Shown piece after piece: positions 24,720 through 36,577 of a DNA stretch of 64,000 bases. The position numbers and the translations under genes were made by a program. Every line of letters starts with the position of its first letter. Positions within the stretch are counted from its first letter, which is position 1. The notes below the pieces were generated by a model that worked only from the letters and a program-made list of their open reading frames with translations, was not told where the DNA came from and made no database searches. Location: positions 62,001 to 126,000 of the forward strand of contig MCFE01000185.1 in assembly GCA_002104905.1 (NCBI GenBank), written 5' to 3'. Source of the stretch: Basidiobolus meristosporus CBS 931.73. Lineage: Eukaryota; Fungi; Basidiobolomycota.

Positions 24720-25400
24720 ATGTATGCAAGACCACTGTTGCTGGGTCACATCATATTAGGGGAAGGAGTGTTCCTATCAGCTTCACTACTGTAGGCTGTA
24801 CAACCAGCATATGCACAATACTGAGAGTTTTCAGATTTAGCTGGCTACTATTGCCACTTTGCTAAAGACTTTGTAAGGATAGCAGCTCCCATGTGCAGAT
24901 TCACCCAGCAGAACTAATGCTACAAATATTTGAAAGTATCTATTCAGATGTTTGGTAATCTAAAAAAGCTTTTGATGTTGTTCCCAGCAATGCTATTCCC
25001 TAGTTGGGATGGAAGATTTATTTTTTATTGTGACTGGCACCTCACAGATTAAGGGTTATGTTAACATAGTAGCACCAACCTGAGGCAATCCAACTACTAG
25101 GCTATATGAGCCTCTTGCCAAATAACCACAAAGGTACGGTTCAATACCAACATAGAATAGCTGGCTCTTCCTCATTTTATCACACAACTCCACATGTACA
25201 TACACTGACAACAACTATAATAGTGCAAACCATAATGCATTTGTGTGACTAATAAGCACTAAATATCTTACTGGCTGCCTAGCACACTACACCATTCATC
25301 AAAAGGAATATAACCTCAAATCACTTACTGTTACCAGGCAATAACAAGTGACATTATTGAATAGATGCAGCTCTCAAGTTCCAACTATGGTTTACACCCT
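24720..25400 (+). mobile_element. Heavily decayed Ty3/gypsy RT-RNase H fragment
   Basis: LLGHII..G; DLAGYYCHFAKDFVRIAAPM (typical FLGLAGYYRRF..F..IAAPL). Confidence 0.6.
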
Positions 25401-26299
25401 GCCAGATTGGCACCTGCACTTTTACAAACTAAAGCCACAGGTCCAAATGCACCATTTTGCATAAGTGCCAATTAGCCTATTCCCTGCATGTGATATATGG
25501 TCTTCCAAATGTTTAGTCCATGAGATGTTGAGATGTACCAGCTTAGAGAATCAGAAACTAGGAGACAATTTGAGAGTGTATTGCGGACTCTTGTTGACTT
25601 TGTTGATTGGAGATATTTTCATAGTATTTAAGTCATTTGGGGGAGATATAAATCTAAAGGCTCCTTGTTTGTAAAACTGAATTGTAGATGGTAATATATG
25701 GCCTGCACTGTATATTTAACTTGCAGCATGGCTCTGACATATACCCCTTACCAGATATCCACACTTTCAGCTCATTGCCAATCTGATTGCTTATCTTGTC
25801 CATACTTCTGCTGACATCTTGCTGTATAACTGCCAATAATGCTTCCTGCTCAGATTCTGGCATCCCTGTTTACTATCTGAGAGATCCATCTCTGCTTGAG
25901 TGGTGTGTGCTCCCCTAATACTAATAAAAGGACATATGATAGACACTTGCAAAATACTCAGATCATTTGACAAATGTTTATTGGGGTCTAACATTAGTTA
26001 GTATGAGGCTAGTTGTACTTTGGAGCATGGGACAGATTTTGTATGTGTTGTACTAAGGATAAGTTAGGACTTAGTGTGAAAGTCATAGTGATTTGAATGC
26101 TGAAATAGCAGTGTGTTGACATTGTCTTGGCCTTATGTGATATATATGAAAGCAAATATGATTATTGAATTATAAACTTATCAGGGACCCATTAACCATT
26201 GGAGAGTTTAGCCCAGATGTTATATCTGTCAAGAGACTAGCCACACACACTCTATATAATTTCTGACTTTCAGTTCCCACTACGGCGTAGTTGGTTCCC

Positions 26300-26640
26300 A
26301 GGCCGGCGCAAAGATATGCTTCATCATTGAAGGGGAAGGACTTCGTGGCTATAGAAGAAGCAGTGAGGAGTAGAGTAGTGATTGCCCGTAACAGATCCTT
26401 TCCTGAGACTTCGGACGGTTTGCCGCTCATGGTGATACCTGATGGATAGCAGCCGCAACATGGGGATCTATACTCTCTTGAGCAAAAACTATGAGTATTT
26501 TGTTCCGGAAGTCTTCTGGTACTGCATCCATATACTACTTAAATTGGGTCCTCAATACGTTTTCTTGGGAGAGATGAGCCACGATTCCTACCCTATCGAA
26601 ATACCCGTAATACTGGCAAGTGACACAGGATTTAATAAGC
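26300..26640 (-). other. Possible fragment of a spliced gene (unassigned)
   Basis: CpG-intact; protein-like YMDAVPEDFRNKILIVFAQESIDPHVAAAIHQ bounded by AG/GT, but no complete frame could be assembled. Confidence 0.2.
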
Positions 26641-26826
26641 AACAATTAAATCCCAGCGAGTATTTACCCGAAGTCATGCATGACTTTTCCGAAACAATGG
26701 CCTTTTTTAGATACAGTGCCAGTTTCTTTACAGAGGCTTGGCTATTAAGTAAAGGACCAAATAAGTGGATTACATGCAAAATTTCACCGAGCTGTAACAC
26801 AAACCACCATAGCGTTCACTAACTCG

Positions 26827-26834
26827 TATATAAA
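26827..26834 (+). promoter_or_regulatory. TATA box of the small secreted protein gene
   Basis: TATATAAA ~110 bp upstream of ATG 26939. Confidence 0.55.
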
Positions 26835-26938
26835 TTCGAGCTCAGCTAGGATCTTGGGCTACACTTCAATCAAACACCACACTCAAGGTACCGTTTGTTG
26901 ACTTGTTCTAGCAACTTCATCACTAACCTGGACTCTAG

Positions 26939-27160
26939 ATGAAATTCTCTCTCGTCAGCTTTTTCCTTGGCCTTTCTTTTCTTGCCGTTGCTCAAGGCGC
27001 CACCTGTCGCTGCTATTACGAGGGTAGTGACTACACGAAGAGCTGCTGTAGCTCATCTGGTGGAAGCTACTCCAAGTCCAAATGCTCGCTGAGCTCATCC
27101 AGCAAAGTTCAGAAGTTTGACAGATGTTGCCAAGGCTTTGGAGAATTCTCGGACTGCTAA
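26939..27160 (+). CDS. Small secreted cysteine-rich protein, 73 aa
   Basis: Signal-peptide-like MKFSLVSFFLGLSFLAVAQG; mature part has 8 Cys as CxC-CC-C-CC-C; intact ORF with upstream TATA. Confidence 0.85.
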   Translation: MKFSLVSFFLGLSFLAVAQGATCRCYYEGSDYTKSCCSSSGGSYSKSKCSLSSSSKVQKFDRCCQGFGEFSDC

Positions 27161-27256
27161 TCTCGATCGTCTGCTTCACTCACTCCAACAATCAGCATAC
27201 AAAGCTATTGAAACACTCGTACACGTAATAGGATCGAGTTGGAATAAAATACATGT

Positions 27257-27657
27257 TTACATCAACAAATTTAGATTGTATTGTGCATTAAAATACCGTG
27301 GATCGCCAATACTGTCACTGGCATCATTTTGGTTTGCACCATTTCCCTTGCCACTATAATCATCTCCACTGTTGCCGTGATTGCTCTCATCACTACTTCT
27401 GTTGGCGCTACCATCTCCACTCCCTTATTGTCACGGCTGCGATGTCCAGAATCATCACCAACACTACTGTTTCTGTTGTCCCCTTTTTTGGAACCATTGC
27501 CACTTCCCAAAACCATAGCTCCGTTTGCCACATTCCCACTGCTGCCATTGGCATTAGTGTCAACCAAGCCATATGCATCTACTCCGCTTGGATGGTTACC
27601 GCTTCCAACTCCCACATTGACTCCGTTGAATACATTAATCTCAGGGTGTCTTATCAA
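27257..27657 (-). pseudogene. G/S/N/D-rich low-complexity ORF with a frameshift near 27420
   Basis: GSGNGSKKGDNRNSSVGDDSGHRSRDNKG continues compositionally in another frame as SGDGSANRSSDESNHGNSGDDYSGKG. Confidence 0.35.
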
Positions 27658-27754
27658 CGGTCAAAATCAGGGGTACTCATCTGATATTCCCTTATCCAAA
27701 CCACAATATATGACAGCTACGCGAACGATATACTCTTCAGATGTGCCCCCTTTT

Positions 27755-28110
27755 ACGAGGTTAGGGCTCCATATTTTATCAGCCTTTCTCAACCACCAGC
27801 TGCCTTAGCTCACCATTGCCTGCTCGAAAGGCCATCTCTGCCACCTACGCCCAAACATCTAAGCATGAGTCAAGGTTTTGGGATGGCTACTTGTTACACC
27901 CGATATGTGCAATATCCGATTCTATTCGCCGCCAACACAAATGAGGACCAATACGATTATGCCACTAGTACACAGTAATGCTGACCAGAATAAAATGGGC
28001 ATTGTTGGGTATGAAAATGAGAGCGTTTCGAGCTCGGCTGGGAAAGAAATATGTGCCAGGTTACACATGTGATACCCAGAATTAGTCAACGGGCGATATA
28101 CCAACTGAGA
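27755..28110 (-). repeat. Diverged duplicate of the upstream region of the 28910-29206 gene (paralog 29255-29600)
   Basis: Shared ACTTGTTACACCCGAT, ATGAAAATGA, and minus-strand ATGGAGCCCTA(A/G)CCTC blocks in the same order. Confidence 0.65.
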
Positions 28111-28909
28111 AAATACCCTGGATACACTATTTAGCTACTAAGTTTGGCATATTCATCGCCTATCCGGATTTTACAGGTTCCCCAGTTCTTTGGCATCAGT
28201 TGGTTTCACAAGTAACTTCATTGGGACTTTCCACTTTGGTATTGAGACGCCATTACCATTGATGGGGATTTTGTTAATACTGTGACTGCCACCTTAGCTC
28301 AGAATCTCTGGGGGAAAAGATATGGGATAACCTCTGGTAACGTGGCAGTATACTACGAAAGTCGATGTACGGGTATTGCCTCACAAGGGCCTGCTTTCGG
28401 ATACAAAAGCGACACGAAAAACCTGATGTGACCAATGAAGCAATGTAAAGTGGAAAACCCAGGGATTAGCTTTTCTAGTCACATTCAACTGTGGATATAC
28501 TACTTTCCACTCATTGTCCGGTGTGATACAGATATTTAGCCGACAGAATTTCTCCGAGACTCCCACCACATCAAAGCTAACCTTTCCAGCCTTGTTGTTA
28601 TGCTAGCTTCTGATAACAATGGAAACGGCCGGGTATCTCGGCAGATCAATTATTTAGTGTCGATGCACTTCCAACAAGATTCATTCGTACTTTCCTTGTC
28701 ATCGGTTGGTGTTGTCAGGGCATATCATTGGAGCAACGATCGCAAGACTGCCATACAAATTGTGCATGCCAAAAAAATGGATAGCGATGATGCATCATTT
28801 TTATTCTCAGTAAAATGGGGCATGGAGTGGTTGAACATTGCAAAATGATCCCAAGCCCCAGGCGTTCTCATTACAGTGATCGGAATGGCTTGGAGATACC
28901 ACTGTCCTT

Positions 28910-29206
28910 TTACCAACAAAGAACCGAGTTGTTGGCGCGCAGCTTGCGGGCATCGATGTTCTGGCCAACGGCACCTTCGACAAGATTCTGGCACTCGGTG
29001 TCAGAGTACAAGTAGCACCAGCCGCCAGAGGTGTTGGTAACACGGCAAAGGGATGTCTTTCTCCAGTCACGGGTAGGGTAGCAGTTGTGTGGCTTCAACT
29101 CTTGGAGGGAGTACTGGCCCTGGCAGCCGTAGAACTCGACGGTGGCAGCTTGGATGCTGACTGCAACGGCAGCTACAACAGCGGCAGTGGAGGTGAAGAA
29201 CTTCAT
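28910..29206 (-). CDS. Small secreted protein, 98 aa, 6 Cys
   Basis: Signal-peptide-like MKFFTSTAAVVAAVAVSIQA; WCYLYSDTEC and terminal SVLCW; high GC3; TATA upstream. Confidence 0.85.
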   Translation of the reverse strand: MKFFTSTAAVVAAVAVSIQAATVEFYGCQGQYSLQELKPHNCYPTRDWRKTSLCRVTNTSGGWCYLYSDTECQNLVEGAVGQNIDARKLRANNSVLCW

Positions 29207-29275
29207 ATTGATTTACAGCAGAAGGAATCGGATTGAAGAAGTGACAGTTGGAAAATAGTGAGGCTAGGGCTCCAT

Positions 29276-29283
29276 TTTTTATA
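29276..29283 (-). promoter_or_regulatory. TATA box
   Basis: TATAAAAA ~70 bp upstream of ATG 29206. Confidence 0.55.
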
Positions 29284-30899
29284 GATACCTACTTCAGCTC
29301 ACTATTGCCTACTCAAAAGATCATCTCTATCATAAAAACCAAGCATCCAGTCATGTGCAAAGGTTTTCATGTAGCCACTTGTTACACCCGATGCATGGAA
29401 TAACTTGCCCACGCATTAGGCGCTACAATATCATTTTGGTGCTGGTAAGATGTATTTGTAGGCCATCATACAAGCCTATGAGAATTCGGCAAACATCGTT
29501 GTCAATGAAAATGAATCTTCTGGCTCAGCTAGGAATAATCATGTTCGTGTTACACTTGCGAATTTGCAGGAAGTATGTTAGCAAGTAATATAGGTTTACA
29601 GCTTCATCTATCGGATAGTACCATAGGCTTTTTGGATTTCTCACGTATCACCATTACTGCATCCTTGTTGCTTCCATTGGAGTAGCTGGCACCACTCTGT
29701 CTGATCGCATCATTGGCTATAAGATTTAGAAAACCTCCAGGGCTTTGCCAATTCTGTGAATTGGATAATATGCCATAAAGCAAGTCCCAAGTATATGAAT
29801 CATAATTTAGCAATTTGCGCGTAGACTCAATAACTATAATATGAACTCTATAATTACATATCAGTCCTGTATAGTTTTCAGATATACCAACGTAGTGACA
29901 AATGGAATACTCCAAAGCCAAAGACTTAACTGAACTGGATGGCTCTTATTCTCTCTCATTATCAAGGTGCATACTTATTATTACTATTACATGCACTGAT
30001 AAATGAATGCCAGAATGTAAAGTTGCCTTGAATTGCTTTTGAATAGTTTTTGCTTCTCTGCAATGACTGATCTTCTCTGAGCCTTGGGCAAAATGCAGAC
30101 TATGGATTTAGGCTACTTGCTACAAGTGTCACTATGTAATAAGGTAAAATCAGCAGTCTATACAAGGTGGATGGTTCCATTAGGTGATGCATTTCCCATC
30201 TAGTAATTAATATATGTCCTTAGACAAAAGGAATGTACACACTATGTATTGCATTTTGGTATGAAAAATCTGTAAGCTGAAGGGCAGGGTAGTGTGAAAT
30301 TCTTTTAGATGCTGTCTGCTCATGATCCTTATTTGTTAGACTTCAAGTGTAAGAGTTAGATCTCTAATAGTATTTGCAGGACCCCAAACTGTTACCAAGC
30401 TCTACCTGTTATGAATTATTAATGGATTCAGCTGATGTTTGTACTTTGATGAATGCAACTATATTGGCTTAGTCTCCTGCACTGTGGACCTTGGATGTAT
30501 TACATATATTTGCTTTATTATAGTACAGTTGATGGTGTCAGTGTATAGTCAACACTCTGTTTACACATATGGTGCATACACTTCAAGACTCTGTTCAGCT
30601 CATTTTTGAGCACTTATAACTTACATGGTACTTGTTTGCTATTTATAGGCTGATGCCTGGAATTAGTATGCTCCAAAAGCCACCAATATGATCTAGCCCA
30701 TCCAATGGACTGCAAATTCTGATTCCATCTATTTGCCACAAGACTCTTAGAAGTAATGAAGACAATTCTCAAAACTAGAAAGGCTATTCAATTGAAGCTC
30801 TTACACTTATGAATTCAAATAAAGTGTTTTTAGTCCTGTGGATTTCTTATTGGTTGCAGGTGACAAGAATACTTTGAAGGGGCCCTTGGAGGCAGAGTG

Positions 30900-31233
30900 A
30901 TACGGCTGGAGTCTTTAGTGATACTTGAAGTAACTTGAATAGAAAGTGTATTTGGTGGTTTTCTAAACATAATACATTCAATGTAAAAAGAGCATTTCAA
31001 CTTTCACATTGTCTTTGCAGAGCAGACTCATACAAAATGCTTTGGAATGTTTTAAGAGTGAATGTGCCAAGCTTGGGGCAGTCTGGACAACTTGTGGTAT
31101 TACATTTTCAATATTCTAAGTGTATGTAGCAAGCTATTTGATTTGAGTTTGCTGGGATACAAAGCAAATGATCCAAGCAACCAGGCTAGATGAGTATATA
31201 TGTGTAATTACAAATATTATAGTACCTCCTTCA
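30900..31233 (-). repeat. Copia family B LTR remnant with PPT
   Basis: Minus-strand GAAGGAGG then a decayed LTR start; GGGGCAGTCTGGACAAC block shared with other copies. Confidence 0.5.
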
Positions 31234-31279
31234 GCTCAATAGCCATACAAACAGATTCTAATTGTTACCTTGGATATTA

Positions 31280-31830
31280 GACATTTTCTGCTGGATAGTG
31301 ACCCATTGGGTTGTGAGTGCCAGAGTTTACCAAAGTGTGCTGGAGAGAGCAACTAGAGTTGTACTGGGCTACAGAGTGTAAAACATAGTTCTGCATGATC
31401 ATATAAAGTAGCCCCTGTGTTTCACTCACTGTGATTGATCAAATTTATTTTTTGACCTTTTTTTGGACCAAACATTGTGCTTGCTTTGTAAGAGCACAGA
31501 AAGACTGCAGTAGTACATTTTGTACCCAATACCCATGGCACTCTGAATCAAGATTCTGAGGCTTCTAGCTTGTCACAAAAATGCATAGCACTTTCATGGT
31601 CTACTGGTGTTATCCAGCACAATATTGAAACATCATTCCTTAAGCAAAACATATACAAAGAATTTATAGTGCCAGATATGGTTGGTAAAATACATGTTCT
31701 GCTTTGCACAAAGATGCAGCGCTATATTTCACACTCTGTGGCCTAATATAGGTCCACTTGGCCTTTCTGGCACACCATGGCATTATTTGGCACTCATGGC
31801 TTTATGCAGCACTATCAAATAGAACAAGTA
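31280..31830. mobile_element. Second foldback element copy, opposite orientation, one arm internally deleted
   Basis: TTA|GACATTTTCTGCTGGATAGTG start; arm 31280-~31623; spacer matches the reverse complement of the 20514-20557 spacer; right arm 31667-31830. Confidence 0.75.
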
Positions 31831-31834
31831 TATT

Positions 31835-32100
31835 TGAACTTGTCCTGAGTTGATCAATGTCAGCAGTCATGTCATCTGCAGGATGGTAGGCAAAGCCTAC
31901 TAGGTTATTTTTATAGCATCATCTAAGAAATGGTGTCTAACGTCTATATGCTTACTTCTAGCATGGAGGTTTGATATCTACCTAATTATGTGCACTCATG
32001 AGTATGTGAAGTAATATACCAAGTTTTGTGTGTGAAAGCTTAGTACTTTCAAAAGCTTTCTTGGACATATTGCATATCTTAGTTAATACACCCATCAGAC
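31835..32100 (-). mobile_element. Copia RNase H fragment (host of the foldback insertion)
   Basis: LHARSKHIDVRHHFL..YHPADDMTADI. Confidence 0.7.
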
Positions 32101-32159
32101 TTGTCCATATGTGTAACATTATCAAGTTCAATATTGAAAATGTAAGATTCACATTGCCT

Positions 32160-32476
32160 AAGAAAAAAGGTCAAGAAAAGGCCAGGAAAATACCATCATA
32201 ATATCAACTGAATTCCAAGTTTTTTAAAATTGACGACTCTAAATATCCCTGTTGTTAGCTGATGGGCAGGCAAGCAAACAAATTCTCCAGGAGGAGACTA
32301 GGCCAGCTAGCATCCATGCCAAATGTGGTAATTAGCTGATTGTCACCTCCATCAAAGATTGCATTTGAAGTTTTGAGTCAAAAACACTAGCTGAATACCA
32401 GCAAAATACCATTAGAATACCAGTTGAACACCAGCTGAAAATCAGATGAATTCCAAATTTGAGATTTTTCATAGGG
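32160..32476 (-). mobile_element. Probable 5' terminus and subterminal repeats of the CACTA-like family
   Basis: Minus strand begins CCCTATGAAAAAT; clustered GAATACCAG/GAACACCAG motifs at 32390-32435. Confidence 0.5.
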
Positions 32477-32639
32477 ATCTATTTGATCAATGAAAGCTTA
32501 TATTTAACTGCAATGGCCAATATTTGCTTTATGACTAATGCTTGGCCATATGTGCAAAGGGCTTAGTGAGGTCCATTTCTTTTGTTTTGGAGTACCCTTT
32601 GGCTATAATGCTTGCTCTTTATGCTTCTACTGCACCATT

Positions 32640-33480
32640 GGCCTAATGCATACAAAGATTAGAAGAAAATTTAAGTTGCAAGTGCTGACTTATCATGATC
32701 TCATCAAGAGCATTCCCTACCATTACATCTTGGATGCAATATGATGGCAGATGGAGGACAGCCAGGAAAAGTTACAAAATACAGAGTACTGATAGGCACA
32801 TGGAGACACCTACGCCTTTGGCATTAAGAGTCTGAGCAGCCCCAATGCATTGGTAATCAGTTAAGTAAGGCATGGTAAGATTGCACAAAACAAGCAATTA
32901 ATTCTTCTTGGGAAAGCCCCACCAAAGTATGCTGGGTGTCTCCTGGGTACAATTTAATCTGCATACTTTCACTATGGAACCTACACAAAATAGAGTCATT
33001 TTGCCCTTATGAGAGGGACCAGAATCCAGTACAGAGTAGGCATCAATTGGTTAAGTATCAAAAGATGTTTTGCAGATATAATAGTGGTATCCATGGCAAA
33101 CATAGTGGCACCCATGCATATGCTTGCAAGATGTATGTGTTTCCAGCAACAACAAGTATGTTTTAACCTTGTAAGTATCACACTCAAAGGTTGTAAAGTT
33201 GAGGTGATTGAATTGTGCTGCAGCATGTGTAGATGTGAACAGAAGTTAATAAGCAACATACCATATTGTTTTGATTTAATCTATATGCAGAGTATCTATG
33301 ACCATACTGGGTAAGTCATTAACCTGGGATAATAGTACAGTGGAGCCTATGATTGGCACAAGGGGGGTGGAAAAATGAAATATTGTTTGGTAAATTGATG
33401 TGGTAGCAATATATAGAACTAGCTGTAGGCCACCATGCTGCCGCAAGAATGTCTACAGGGATTCAAATAAAGGCTATTGG
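32640..33480 (+). mobile_element. CACTA transposase C-terminal and 3' region copy
   Basis: Aligns with 1050-1880. Confidence 0.7.
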
Positions 33481-36196
33481 ACTCTGTCAAGTTTTACCAT
33501 GTGAGGCAGCAGCATATGTTGGCTAGTTAGGTCTGCTCAGATTAAGACAGACCAGATTTGGATATCTTAAGGGAGATGGGGTGGGGGCGTAAAAATACTA
33601 TTATATAGTTGGCCTATTGAAGAATAAATGCTTATTGAATCCAACTTAACCTTCCTTTACATGAATTAATACCGGCACATTTGGGCTGCTTAGCTTCCAA
33701 ATGTTGGAGGCATAAGTGCCTCTATGATAAATCTATGTTCATAATTTCTAATGATTGGGGAGCTTGTAAGAACAGGTCTGCATAGTTGGGGCTTTTTGGA
33801 CTCTTTGAAGAAACCTGAAGATATTGGAAGTGATTGGGATACAGGTTTATTACGTGGTTTTCAATTATAGATTTGCTGAATGTAAAAGTAGTATTTAATA
33901 TTTACCAGCTCTGCGCAAGCTAGCTAGTAAGGTATGGTCATGATGGTCCCACCAAAATGTGCACAGAATTGGGGCTCTTTGGGCAACTTTGGGAAATTTC
34001 ATATACTGGGTTCCTGATGTCTTGGTGCAAATATTTCAAGTTGATCCAACCAGGGGATTGATGGGAATTCTCTGCAATTTGTGGGCTATGATCAGAGTGG
34101 CTTATCTTGCCAATATTTAGGTGTAATCACAAATTTTTACAACACCTCTATAACAAAATACTCACATGAACTAGTCTTAACTGTGATCTAAGTTATTCAA
34201 GTCTGTCTTTAGCTACTGGTTTGGTAAATATGTCTGCAATCATTTTATCACTAGGATAATAAACCAAGAAGCCAAGTTACTCTCTACAGCTCCCTAGATG
34301 GAATGATGTCCAATATCTACATGCTTAACCCTATTATGAAAAGTTGGATCTATACCTAGTTATATATATTCCTGATATTCTGCAAATGATATTTTAAGGG
34401 CTGTTTGACATAAGCCTCAACCTTTGAGATGCTCTCATATCTACACTACTAAGCATTAAACTCCTGACCATACACTAATATGCAATATCTGGGCTTTAGG
34501 ATGGTACTAGGCTCTCTTGTCCTGGGTAAGTTCTGACCAAGCTAAGGTTTATCTCCATTGCAGTAGCCACTGCTTTATAGTTGTCCATTTGGTACTTGTT
34601 AAGTATAGCTGGAATATATTTGGACTGGCTAAAGTTATTAGTATGAGAATATCTGTCTACATAGTACTATATTCCTTAGTAAAAACTGAACTCTCCTGTA
34701 TTGAATATTTTGATCTTGCCAGATGGACTAGATTTAGTGTGATGGAATCAAACTTTACTACCTGTGCAACAATTCTGGTGTAGTCAAGTCCTATTGTTTA
34801 AGAGTATTCACTGACTACAATTCTGAGTTTGTACCTTTCAGCTGCAACATCAGCCATTTATTTTGTCACAAGGACTTATCTGCATCCCACAGTTTTCAAT
34901 GATTAGGTACTTGGCAAAGCTCAAAGTTTGATTTTTTATTTGGGCATGCTATTCTTTGATCATTGTAGATCTTGTGATTCCTATCTAAGGACTATTTAGT
35001 GCCTCTTTTACTCTCTTGGCTTATCAACATGGATTGAAATGGCAGAGACTAATCATACACCCTCATTGATGTGGTAATCTGACCTGGTTTCAATCTGGCT
35101 TGATATCCTGCCTTATTATACTGGAATGATCACTTCTAAAATACTTGTAGGCAATGATTTGAGCCACACCATAATTTTCAAGTCCTTTGGAGCAGAAAAC
35201 ATCTCATTGCTTTACTCTGACTTAGTCCTGACTATTGGAGAACTTGAGATTGAATTTGTGTCATCATCTGTAGTGGTATTTGCAAAAATATTGAGTGTTC
35301 ATCTGACAGCACATCCCTAGACTCAATTGGCTTATTTGATTAGGTATTACAGAGTCTGCATCTTGCCTACTCTTTGCAAGAGCCCAAAATACTCATCTGA
35401 GACCTTTTGGCTCCAATTTGGACTGAATACCTGGTGGCATCTGGGCAATTGATATGCCACCAGGTACTCTTGAGTGCTCTGCACTGGGTTTGCTTCCATA
35501 CTCTGCCTCAAATATAGTAAAATCTTGAAGTATTTTACTTTAACTCCTATTTTATCAATTTTTGGCTGGAGCTGCAGATTCATCCTTGTGATTGTATTGT
35601 ATTCTTCAGCACAGATCATAGGCCTTACCATATTCTTTATAGGTCTATTTGCATCTTCTGCAACAGTAATTTGCTGTGGGGAGTATGATACAGAGGCTGC
35701 TATTGCCTATAATGGCTTGTAAGCACCTTGTTTTGTGGCTTAACTTCTCACTGAGCATCTTATTTCTTCCTTTGCATTGACAGTTTATTTTCTTGGTTCC
35801 ACTTTGAGGCACCTGCTATATATGTAACCAAAGGTCAAATCTTCAGCACTGGACTCTGGCATCTATACAAAGCCCTGCATCTGCTGGGATACTCAAGAGG
35901 GCCACAAGTATTATATCTTTATTAGTGGTGCATACGCTCACTGGTTCCATCACAGCAACAACAGTTTAACAATCTGTATGAGAAATTATTTGGTCCAGCA
36001 GGTTGATTGGATTTGGATCAGTCATCAGGATCACACAATGAGGCTGTTGTAAAGCCAGCAGCTTTGTGGCTTATCTTTGAATAATCAAAGTTAGAATATC
36101 ATAATTGGAATTGCATAAATATTGGTATAATATTTTGATTAAAAGGGTTATTGCCTCTTGTGTTATCATCAATAAATGTGATTCAGTAAATCATAC

Positions 36197-36577
36197 TGTT
36201 GAAGTATAAATGTTGCATTGGACCCCACAGATCTTGTAAGAGTTTGGTGATGTTAGAAGTGATTGGGAGAACATATGATTATGGGGTTTTCACTTTATGA
36301 TTTAATGAATATAGAAGTAGTATTTAGACTTTTACATGGTCCTGGCAAGACAAATATGCTTAATATGCTCAGTAAGGTCACAATAGCTGTGTGCAAAGTT
36401 TGGGGCAGTTTGGACAACTTATCAAGCCTTCATACTGGGTGTGACTAAGCTTCTGGTGGAGATATTTTACATAATTCCCACCAAGGATTCTGGCTAGGAT
36501 TCTTAAGGATTTGCACATAATGCTCCAAGTGACTAAGGTAGGTTAGTACTTCAATACAACTACAAACTTTTAAAACA
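36197..36577 (-). repeat. Family B LTR copy inserted inside the integrase of the same family
   Basis: Aligns with the flanking LTRs; integrase reads TEI(C) before it and ITFIDD after it; no clear TSD. Confidence 0.6.

Noticed and set aside
30400-30800. Tc1/mariner transposase remnant
   Set aside because: Only vague DE, QD and DLA-like matches; no TIRs found.
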